NCBI RefSeq assembly: GCF_004010195.1 | Contig: NC_057711.1 | Span: 69,832,357 to 69,852,356 of the forward strand | From: Chiloscyllium plagiosum | Lineage: Eukaryota | DNA length: 20,000 nt | Reading direction: 5' to 3' | Part shown: positions 10,385 to 20,000 of the stretch, piece after piece | How the letters are laid out: each line of letters starts with the position of its first letter | Numbering within the stretch: the stretch's first letter is position 1 | Made by a program: the position numbers and the translations under genes | Notes under the pieces: model-generated | Database searches by the model: none | Told to the model about the DNA's origin: nothing | Seen by the model: only the letters and a program-made list of their open reading frames with translations

Positions 10385-10800
10385 GTGTGTGAGGAGACTA
10401 GGGATTTGCTTTAGGCCACCTTAGCCACCTTTCTGCAAGAAACAATACCAGACGTTAAATTTGGGATAACTCTGGAGCATCCAGGCTGAGGAGCTGCTGC
10501 TTTCCTGGGAAATTGGAACAGAGCAGCTTGTGGAACAGCCAAGGTTTCTCTCCATTTGTTATGAAGACCAAGCACCACCAAAATCTAGAGAGAAAGCAGA
10601 TCCACAGGTGGTTGAAGGCCAAAATCCAACAGAAGCCCATGACCATAGGAATAGATGGTAAGCAGAAAGAGCGCAGAGAATTTAGCAATTTGCTATTAGC
10701 CATGACACATGGATTCTTTGGTGTAGTTAACTTCATCTATAGCCCAAGTACCTAAGGACATGCCTCACTCTGAGCTAAGAATGGAATGGTGCACACGAAG
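10385..10800 (+). mobile_element. Decayed RTE-clade LINE fragment (region between endonuclease and RT)
   Basis: LKAKIQQK...RNRW...AQRI*QFAISHD..GFFGVVNFIYSPST*GHASL*AKNG resembles the RTE pattern W..KA.EIQ..AD.....FF..VK..YGP.....L...G. Confidence 0.65.
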
Positions 10801-12018
10801 GACAGAGTAGCAGTCGGTGCTTCAGGAAGGTGCTGCAGAGTACAAAATCCAATCCTATGGCGCAGTCAGTTATAATAGGGAGAACAAAGCCTTTTAAAGT
10901 TTGAATGCTTATAAACATGGGCCTTTCATGTACCCCTTGTTCATAAAAATATAAATGGGAAGGTAGCTTATGGTTTATTGTGTCCTTTAACTGCAAAACC
11001 TGGAGAATTTGTGATGAGGATGAAGAGGGTTGAGGATTCTGCATTCAAACTATTACTTCAAATTCCAGCCTTCCTCTCCAAGGTAACTGGATCAATATAT
11101 TGCCTATGAAAGTTTTGATCATTATCAGATCTTCAGCGTGTTATTTGTTTGTTTTAGCATTGTGGAGCTATATTTCTTAAAAGTATACTTTCTTCTGGCA
11201 TGATTCTCTGACGCTTGTCCAGTTCTAGCTATCATCTCTCCCTTTAGTACAGATGAATTCCAGTAAGGAATCAACGTCTTGCTTTACATGATCACTAATA
11301 GTATTGTCATTGTCCTTTGACATACAACATTTGAATTGATGTCATTGCAGCATTTTGTTTTGTTCTGACATCTGTCAATCAGTGTGATTCCAGTTAGACC
11401 TCAGACCTCTGACAATACAATTGCTTCTCTCCAAGTGGGTGTTGTTAAACTCCCAAGCAGTCAGTGAGCTCCTGAAAATTATTTATTTTACGTCAGTTGT
11501 GATCACAGCTCAGAATTCTGACAGTTAAGTCAGTTGGATTTGTAAATAAAGCCTCACAACTTTTTAATTATAAGTCAGATAGCATTAATAGTGTTTATTT
11601 GAATTTTGCCACCCCCAGAAGATGAGAAAGTGATATCTATAATAGCAATTCTGATTTCACAATCCTGCAATGTCTCCACCACCATTGAATGTTGGTGCTC
11701 TGTGGTGGTACCCTCATTTTCAAAGTATTAATATACCGAAGGAATACATCGCTGGAGGTGCCAATTTTCAGGCGACGTGTTAAATTAAGACTCTTTATGC
11801 CTTTTCAGATGAACATAAAAATAACACAACGCTGCTTGAAAGAACAGTGGGGGTGTTCTCTGCAGTTATCCTTCAATCAACATCACTAATACACTATCAC
11901 CTTGTTATTTGGTGAACTTGCTATGTGTAAATTGACTGCCATAATCTCCTACTTTACAACAGAAACTACATTTCAAAAGTATTTAATTGATTTCAAAGTA
12001 AGTAATATTACAAATAAG

Positions 12019-12092
12019 CATTAACATTTTCTCCACAGATGCTGCCAGTCCTGCTGAGTTTCTCCAGCGTCCAGAGTATTTTGCTTTTCCTT
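12019..12092 (+). mobile_element. Short insertion of an abundant shark repeat (Penelope-like terminal fragment) inside the DeuSINE
   Basis: ttttctccacagatgctgccagtcctgctgagtttctccagc interrupts the SINE between atttaattg and ttggttgtaaagc. Confidence 0.6.
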
Positions 12093-12147
12093 TACTTGGT
12101 TGTAAAGCACTTTGAAAAGCCATCAGGTTCTGGAAAGCATTGTATAA

Positions 12148-12615
12148 GGTTGTAGATTCATTCGTTTGAACTAGTATGGTTTTCTGCAGCTGTTTTGTCA
12201 CTTTGCTAGGTGGCACGGTGGATCAGTGGTTAGCACTGCTGCCTCACACCGCCAGGGTCCCAGGTTCAATTCCAGCCTTGGGTGACTGTCTGTGTGGAAT
12301 TTGCACATTCTCCCTGTGTCTGCATGGGTTTCCTCCGGGTGCTCCGGTTTCCTGCCACATTCCAAAGATGTGCAGGTCAGGTGAATTGGCCATGCTAAAT
12401 TGCCCATAGTATTAGGTGCTTTAGTCAGAGGGGTGGGGGGGTTATTCTTCGGAAGGTCGGTGTGGACTTGTTGGGCCGAAGGGCCTGTTTCCACACTATA
12501 GGGAATCTAATCTAAAAAAAAAAGTGACGCAACATCTGCAGAAAACCACACCAGTTTGGTGAACGAATCTATGACCTCATCCACAACCCGAGCTACAGAT
12601 CTTTTCAAAAACTCT
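12148..12615. mobile_element. Palindromic insertion (inverted Penelope-like termini) with a 13-bp target-site duplication
   Basis: AAGCATTGTATAA occurs at 12135-12147 and 12616-12628. Inverted arms at 12148-12204 and 12521-12576 match at 44/57 positions. Confidence 0.8.
12209..12523 (+). mobile_element. Full-length HE1 SINE (V-SINE)
   Basis: tRNA head with A box (tggatcagtggt) and B box (ggttcaattcc), V domain, CR1-derived tail, aatctaatct and oligo-A. Confidence 0.96.
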
Positions 12616-12697
12616 AAGCATTGTATAAATGCAGCTGTTCAGGATAGTGGGAAAATTATCCACACTCTACTGCCTGCTTTTCGAAATTGGTGGGCAA

Positions 12698-12825
12698 ACA
12701 CCGAATGGATTGCAGCAGATCAGGAAAGCAGCTCTCTATCACCTTCTCAAGGGAAACTAAGGATGGGTAACAAACACTACTCAAGCCAGCGAAGTCCACA
12801 TCCTATAAATGAATATTTTTAAAAC
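12698..12825 (+). mobile_element. 3' terminus of an old CR1/L2-group LINE
   Basis: tggattgcagcagatcaggaaagcagctc...caccttctcaagggaaactaaggatggg...cacatcctataaatgaat matches a common shark LINE tail as I recall it. Confidence 0.55.
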
Positions 12826-13029
12826 GCAACAATCTTCCTACTTAGGTGTTGCTGAGGTAAAAGAACATTTTACCAAGACTTTCTGTCTTGCAATCTTCAG
12901 GACATTTGAAAAATGCACAAACCACATGGATGGCTCTGTCACTGTCTTTTTCAGGCCTGAACATTCAAACAAGAAACAAGAGGGAGCCACTTTCTTGATT
13001 CACTGAAATCCACTTGGATTTTCCTTTAA

Positions 13030-13600
13030 GCTGGTGGCCTTCATAGCCTTGGAAGGTGATGTCTCAGGAAGCTTGGTGAGCTATTGTAGTATACCTTGTG
13101 GTTGGGTCATACTGCACCACTGAGTGTCAGTGATGGAGGGATTAATGCTCGCAATGCCAGTCAAGTAGCTGCTTTGTCCTGAATGCTGTCAAGTTTCTGG
13201 AATGTTATTGAAGTAAGTAGGGAGTATCATACTCTTGGACTGAACCTTGTAGATGGTGAACAGGTTATAGAGAAACGGGTGGTAAGTTGCTCACTGCGGA
13301 ATTCCTTGTCTCTGGCCTGTTCTTTTAGCTACTGCGTTTATATGGTGAGTCCATTTTATTTTTTTTGTCAGTGGTAACTCCCAGAATGTTGATAATGGTT
13401 TTGTCATGATAATTCCGTTGAATGCCGAGGGATAATGAGTAGATTCACTTGTTGAAGGTGATCTTTACCTGGCACTTGTGTGGCATGAATGTTACTTGCC
13501 ACTTGTCATCCAAAGCCTAGATATTGTCCATGTCTTATTGCATTTGGATGTAGGCTGCTACTGTATCTGAGGAGTCGTAAATGGTGCTAAACACTGTAGT
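13030..13600 (-). mobile_element. Old CR1/L2-group LINE, RT C-terminal fragment
   Basis: Minus-strand translation TVFSTIYDSSDTVAAYIQMQ*DMDNI*ALDDKWQVTFMPHKCQ (post-FADD Q.DL..I..W...WQ..F...KC motif). Confidence 0.8.
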
Positions 13601-13949
13601 GTATTAGTTGTGTGTTTATATATGTATAGTATGTATCTAGGTGGTAGAGGTAAATCTCTAAGAAGTTGCTGTACGTTGTACTTCATTTAAAGATATGCAG
13701 TTGCCGTTAAATCTTATTGATGTGATAAGAATTGAAAGATTTGAGAGGATTCCTGTAGCACAGTGCTGCTACTACAATTGCATGAACCACTTTAAAACAT
13801 TTGCAAGTGTTATTCAATAAATATTGTACTAATATAAGTTGTACAATAATAATTTCAACAATGGAAAGCCAGTATATACATTTGGCATGAGAATGCCTTG
13901 TGTTTATACTTTTGTCCATTTTTAATAATATTAAGAAATATTCTGTTTC

Positions 13950-14900
13950 ACACTGACCATGTCAAGGATGGTTTTTCTGATGGAACAAGCACTAACACCC
14001 TTCATGATTATTTTCACATGATACATTTAAGATCTTTGCATCTGCAGCACATGAAGATTACATAATACATTCCATCCCACATTCAAAATCATTCCTTTTC
14101 CTCAGCCTGATTGTTGAGAAATACGCTGAAGTGTTCTCTGTGACTGTTTGCTGCAAGCCCATCTTCAATAGTTAACGTATACGTTTGGATTTATATAGCT
14201 GCAGACTGTACAAAATTGGCCTGATCAGCAATCTTTTAAATAGAGTCTGAGCTGTTTTCTCACTTGCATTCGATGCAGAAATAGAACACAGCAAATCTAT
14301 CCTCTGGGACAATGGCTATTCTGATCAGATCATTATTTGATGTGCTTTGCACAAACTCTCAAATGAGCCAAAGGCTGCCACTCTGGGATCTGAAAATTGC
14401 CCAGTCTACCTCAATTATCTGGAAAGGCAAACTATCTCATAAATCTGAACAACAGGTTAAGCAAGCAGTTTCACGCTGCTCCTATGGCGTTACTGCACAA
14501 GTCGTATTTTCCATTCAGGCGTCAGTCTAAAAATACAGCTCGCCTACCTCACTGTTGAACAACATTGTGTATGAATTTCAGTATTGGTGTAGAGCCAAGT
14601 ACATAAACCATATGTTCTAATGTTTGGCTGATTTGAATCAAACAACGTGTTCCTTTGGTTGCTCTTAATATACTTGAATAGAATTAGTACCCAACCAGAC
14701 AGCAATTGAAAAACTCCAAATCAAATGTTTTGAGTGTGATTCTGTGTTTGGACAGCATTTACTGAATATTCCTGAATGCACTAATAGCTACATAAATAAA
14801 CAATTTAAGATGATCAACCAAGACAGTAATACAACTTTATTTACTATTGCAAGAATTGACATGCAGTCAGATGCAGGGACTAGTTCCCTTCATATCTTTG
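13950..14900 (+). mobile_element. Decayed Penelope-like element: RT C-terminus/thumb and GIY-YIG endonuclease
   Basis: DTFKIF (YVDDTF-like), FLSLIVEK, VCCKP, YKIGLISNLLNRV, DAEIEHSKSILWDNGYSDQII, NIVYEFQYWCRAKYI (GIY-YIG VVY..C...YIG) and SVFGQHLLN. Confidence 0.82.
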
Positions 14901-15099
14901 CATTTTTAAAATTATCAGGGAGCTTGGGAAATCTATAGTTCCCTATCACTTTCCTGATTGCAATAACTCACCTAAACACTTTTGTATAATTTGTTACAAT
15001 TGTTTGAAATTTGGTATTTCTGATTAATTCAAAACAAACGTTTTGGCAATGTGCTTCACACTTCAGTAATTTTTTAATCCTGAGAATGATATTTTTGTG

Positions 15100-15521
15100 G
15101 CTACCCTATCCAATGCTCCTCATTCTCTTTATCTATATCACCTAGCTATCATTCCTCATAGATTGAAAAAGTGTGCGGGTTCCAAAAGATACTCATCTCT
15201 ACATGGCTAGACCCTCTTCTCACAACTCCACTTGCAGTCCTGCACGCTTGGGAGATGTTTGCACTTCAGCCCCAGCTCAGGCCTTTTCCCCAACCCTTGC
15301 TTTAATCATTCCTCCATTTGTGGATATATTTTCAGTTGTTTCAACCCTTACACTTTGAAATGCAAATCTAATCTCTATATGTTTCTTTTTAAGACAATTC
15401 TTAAACCCACCTTTAAACTGCCCTAACATCTCCTTACATAGCTTGCTGGTAGATGCTATTTGATCATTATCCTCTGAAGCTCCTTGGGGTGTTTCACTGG
15501 ATTAAAGGAAGTCAGTTGTTT
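15100..15521 (+). mobile_element. L2 LINE 3' end
   Basis: tttaagacaattcttaaacccac (FK..LK motif) and the L2-type tail ctgaagctccttggggtgtttcactggattaaagg...gttgtt. Confidence 0.6.
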
Positions 15522-15805
15522 GGGGTCTTGTGGTGCAGTTGTGTGTCCCTACCTCTGAGCCAAGAGGCTCATGTTGAAGTTTTCTTTTCCAGAGGTAACG
15601 AGTAACATCGCTGAACAAGTTGTTCAGAAAATATCTAAGGTGGCATAGTGTTAAAGTCTCTGGTCAAGTAATCCAAGCTAGGGCCACATGTTCAAAGGAT
15701 CTTGTGGCACAGTGATAATACCTCTGAGCCAGGAGGCCTGGGTCCAAGTCTCACCTACTCCAAAGGTGTATCTCGACATCTTTGAACAGGCTGATTACTC
15801 AATAC
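15522..15805 (+). mobile_element. Two copies of a short (about 110 bp) tRNA-derived SINE (15522-15635, 15697-15805) separated by a third tRNA-like head
   Basis: Both copies share tcttgtgg..cagt, tacctctgagcca.gagg and acatc..tgaaca. The middle segment ggtggcatagtg...gtaatcca...gttcaaa has A/B-box-like motifs. Confidence 0.7.
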
Positions 15806-17420
15806 AATGGACATAGGTATTTTTATGCTGATAAATCAGTTAACGAGAACATGTCCAGACTTTCCTTCGTTCATCCATACTTAGATCTTTGAATCTAATA
15901 TAGTCACGCTTTAAGATTGGGAATAATAACTGAGACAAGAAAAACTGGAATGTCAGTTATTACCAACTGGGCACCATCTACATGTTAAGATCATTAAAAT
16001 GATAGTCCTGTCTTTTGACTAAAAGATGTGATTTTAATAAATGTCTATCTGTTCTGGTCCTGGAGATACACTCATGAAAGATGTACTATTGTGCAGTGAA
16101 GGTAGAACCCCGTCACCCTCTCCATACAAATAGAATCTAAGATTCCTTAACCTTTTCCAAAGTCACGCATGAAATGTCAGGTGAAGCCCTCAGGTATAAC
16201 TTAGAGACCAAAATGTACAGCAAGATGATATGAATCACTGTCACTCTAAAATGTAGAATCAGCAGTTCCAAACCCTTTCTACCTGGGCAAGTAAAAGGGA
16301 AAAAAGCTGTTCCAAGAGGTTTAGTATTGATTTTTTTTTTACGAACAAAGAGACTTTCTGTAGTTACATGATATATCATAATCAGGTAATTTGTACTCGT
16401 GTTTCAACAGCTGAAGAACTCTACCTTAAAAAAAAATTGTCGACTTGCAAAAAAGTGTAGAATACTTCCAATATTGAGCTTCTAACAAACAAAATATCTT
16501 TTTGAAAAGATCAAATGTCAGCTGTTTTGTTGAAAACATTATTTCGCAATATGTTACAGAATTCTAATCACTGTGTTGACCTCTTGCCTCCCATTCCCCC
16601 TCCTCAGGTTACATACGATTAGAAACATTGTGCTCTCTAGAGTGAATTTTCCTTGCTCTACTGTATTTGCTTCAAAGAAAATTTACACCTATGAATCAAA
16701 AATCAATAGGACCTTAATCCAACATACAACAGACATCCTAAGTAGTGCCAAGGAAAACCAATTAAATAGAAGCACTGCCTCCATGAGGCAATGAAACAAA
16801 TCTAAAGATATCCAAACAGAAAGATGCATATCTAAAGCTATACCAAAGAGAAAATGGATACCCTATCCTCTCCAATCACTTCATCCTCAAGTAAAATATA
16901 TTTCTCCTCCATGGATCAATCTATTTCTCTCACCACCATGAAATTAACAGATAATTGTTTTCCTCCCAATGGTCACTTTATGTTAAATGGCATTAAAATG
17001 TGCAATAGCCTGACTCTATTGCATTATCTGTGATGAAGACATACAATAAAAAAAATTGACTTTTGCAACAAATAATATGACAGGGTTTCAGGTTTTATGA
17101 CTTTTATTGTAATAAGCTAAAAGTGACATAAACTAAACATCATCTAAGACATACCTAATACTCTAAACTATAAAGTAGAAAGCACTCATTAATATTTTAA
17201 TATGTCCTGTAGTTCCACACCACGTGCATATATGACATAACAAGTGCTCTAATGGATTACTCTTTTTTTATGAAACAGTGCTCCGCCACTTCCAGGTTCC
17301 TATGGCTTCACTGAAATGTAACATACAGACCTTACTAGGGTAAATATTTGATCAGAGTCCATTCTCACTACATTGTTTTGCCTGTAAACCTGCCAAGGTT
17401 TAGGTTGAGAGGGGGAAAAT

Positions 17421-20000
17421 ATAGTCATAGAGACATACAGCATGGAAACAGACTCTTTGGTCCAACTGGTCCATGCTGACCAGATATCCTAAACTAATCT
17501 AGTCCCATTTGCCAGCATTTGGCCCATATCCCTTTAAAAACTTCCTATTCATATACCCATCCAGATGCCTTTTAAATGTTGCAATTGTACCAGCCTCCAC
17601 CACTTCATATGACAGCTCATTCCATACACGTACTACCCTCTGTGTGAAAAAGTTGCCCCTTTGTTCTCTTTAATATCTTTCCCCTCTCACCCTAAACCTT
17701 TGCTCTCTAGTTCCGGACTCTCCAACCCCAGGGAAAAGACTTTGTCTATTTATCCTATCCATGCCCCTCATGATTTTATAAACCTCTATGTGGTCACCCC
17801 TCAGCCTTCAACGCTCGAGGGAAAATAGCCCCAGCCTCTTCAGCCTCTCCCAATAGCTCAAATCCTCCAACTGTGGCAACATCCTTGTAAATCTTTTCTG
17901 AGCCCTTTCAAGTTTCATAACATCCTTCCGATAGGAAGGAGACCAGAATTGCACTCAATATTCCAAAAGTGGCCTAACCAACGTCCTGTACAGCCGCAGC
18001 ATGACATCCCAACTCCTGTACTCAGTACTCTGACCAATAAAGGAAAGCATACCAAGCGCATTCTTCACTATCCTATCTACCTGTGACTCCACTTTCAAGG
18101 AGCTATGAACCTGCACTCCAGGTCTCTTTGTTCAGCGACATTCCCTAGGACCTTAGTATTAAGTGTATAAGTCCTGCTTTGATTTGCTTTCCCAAAGCAC
18201 AGAACCTCGCATTTATCTAAATTAAACTCCATCTGCCACTCCTCAGCACATTGGCCCATCTGATCAAGATCCCATTGTAATCTGAGGTAACCTCTTTGCT
18301 GTTCATTACAGCTCCAATTTTAGTGTAATCTGCAAACTTACTAACTATATCTCCTATGCTCTTATCCAAATCATTTATATAAATGATGAAAAGTAGTGGA
18401 CCCAACACCGATTCTTGTGGCACACCATTGGTCACAGGCCTCCAGTCTGAAAAACCACCCTCCACCACCACTCTGTCTTCTACCTTCGAGCCAGTTCTAT
18501 ATCCAAATGGCTAGTTCTTTCTGTATTCCGTGAGATCTGTCCTTGCTAATCAGTCTCCCATGAGGAAACTTGTTGAATGCCTTACTGAAGTCCATATAGA
18601 TCACATCCACCACTTTCCTCATCAGTCCACTTTGTTACTTTTTCAAAAAACTCAGTCAAGTTCGTGAGATATGAATTCCCATGCACAAAGCCGTGTTGAT
18701 TATCCCTAATCAGTCCTTGCCTTTCCAAATATTTGTAAATCCTGTCCCTCAGGATTTTCTCCAACAACTTGCCCATCACCGACATCAGGCTTACTGGTCG
18801 ATAGTTCCCTGGCTTGTCCTTACCACCTTCTTAAATAGTGGCACCATGTTAGCCAACCTCCAGTCTTCCAGCATCTCACCTGTGACCATCGATGATACAA
18901 ATATCTCGTTACGAGGCCCAATAATCACTTTTGTAGCTTCCGCAGAGTTCTAGAATATACCTGATCAGGTCCTGGGAATAAATCCACTCTTATGCATTTC
19001 AAGACATCCAGCACTTCCCCCTCTGTAATATGGACATTTTTCAAGATGGCACCATCTATTTCCCTACATTCTATATCTTCCATATCCTCCACAGTAAACA
19101 CTGATGCAAAATATTTGTTTGGTATCTCCCCCATCTCCTGTAGCTCCACACAAAGGCTGCCTTGCTGATCTTTGAGGGGTTCTATTCGTTCCTTTATTGC
19201 CCTTTTCTCCTTAACGTATTTGTAAAAACCCTTTGGATTCTCCTTGTCCCCTTTTTGCCCTCCTGATTTCCTTCAGGTATGCTCCTATTGCATTTATTCT
19301 CTTATAAGGATTCATGCTGTTTACACCTGACATATGCATTTTTTTTTAACCAAACCCTCAATTTCTTTAGTCATCCAGCATTTCCTACACCTACCAGACC
19401 TTCCTTTCATCTTAACAGGAATATACTGTCTCTGGGCTCTCGTTATCTCATTTCTGAAGGCTTCCCATTTTCCAGCTGTCCCTTTACCTGCGAATATCTG
19501 CCCCCAATCAGCTTTTGAAAGTTCTTGCTTAATACCGTCAAAATGAGTTTTCCTCCAATTTAGAGCTTCAACTGTTAGATCTGGTCTATCCTTTTCCATC
19601 ACTGTTTTAAAATTAATAGAATTATGGTCACTGGCCCCAAAGTGCTCCCTCATTGACACCTCAGTCACCTGCCCTGCCTTATTTCCAAAGAGTAGGTCAA
19701 GTTTTGCACCTTCTCTAGTAGGTACATCCACATACTGGCTCAGAAAATTTTCTTGTATACTCTTAACAAATTCCTCTCCATCTAAACCCTTAACACTATG
19801 ACAGTCCCAGTCTCTGTTTGGAAAGTTAAAATCCCCTACCATAATCACCCTATTATTCTTACAGATAGCTGAGATCTCCTTACAAGCTTGTTTCTCAATT
19901 TCCCTCTGACTATTAGGAGGTCTATAATACAATCCCAATAAGGTGATCATCCCTTTCTTATTTCTCAGTTCCACCCAAATAACTTCCCTGGATGTATTTC
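17421..20000 (-). mobile_element. Long CR1 (HER1-like) LINE: ORF2 endonuclease, RT and intact 3' end; continues beyond the window
   Basis: ORFs contain YYRPPN, GDFNFP, LDLLF, SDHNSI, NQHGFV, GVPQESVLGPLLFIIYINDL and FADYTK. The (ctatga) tail is at 17421. Frameshifts and stops are present. Confidence 0.97.

Larger units (their letters stand above)
11691..12640 (+). mobile_element. SacSINE1-like DeuSINE, interrupted twice
   Basis: Deu-domain-like ggaggtgccaattttcaggcgacgtgttaaa...ttatccttcaatcaacatcactaa, then aaattgactgcc...actacatttcaaaagta, ttggttgtaaagcacttt and the tail tataaatgca at 12624. Confidence 0.75.

Noticed and set aside
12209..12280. tRNA gene
   Set aside because: It is the tRNA-derived head of HE1, followed by the V domain and a LINE-derived tail.
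12198..12494. ORFs containing CGRKPEHPEETHADT or GFPPGAPVS (also at 1905-2179)
   Set aside because: These are spurious translations of HE1 SINE copies.
16801..16860. Imperfect 30-bp tandem pair (tctaaagatatccaaacagaaagatgcata / tctaaagctataccaaagagaaaatggata) as an array or CRISPR
   Set aside because: There are only two degenerate adjacent units and no spacers; this is an ordinary local duplication.
19321..19974. 217-aa ORF as a host nuclease gene
   Set aside because: It is the APE endonuclease domain of a frameshifted CR1 ORF2.

Overview
Eukaryotic, AT-rich, repeat-dense DNA from a cartilaginous fish. It is almost certainly a shark: it carries HE1 V-SINEs with (AATCT)n tails, CR1/HER1-type LINEs and a SacSINE1/DeuSINE-like copy. 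By my rough hand tally about 60% of the window is decayed retroelements: several CR1 generations, L2, RTE, Penelope-like elements, tRNA-SINEs and one ERV-type LTR with a tRNA-His primer-binding site. The ORFs in the supplied track are TE remnants or spurious. The only host-gene signal is a tentative + strand terminal coding exon at about 5613-5660, followed by 3'UTR-like DNA; I could not identify the gene. The most interesting structures are three. (1) A TG...CA LTR with a His PBS sits inside a rearranged CR1-in-L2 nest that contains a locally templated inverted duplication (3004-5023). (2) A three-level nest (DeuSINE > palindromic Penelope-like insert with a 13-bp TSD > HE1 at the hairpin apex) lies at 11691-12640. 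(3) A repeat-free cluster of TGACA sites containing an exact PBX-MEIS/PREP decamer lies at about 11300-11525. I found no new protein-coding system. TE family names come from hand-translated motifs and remembered consensus features, not from database searches.
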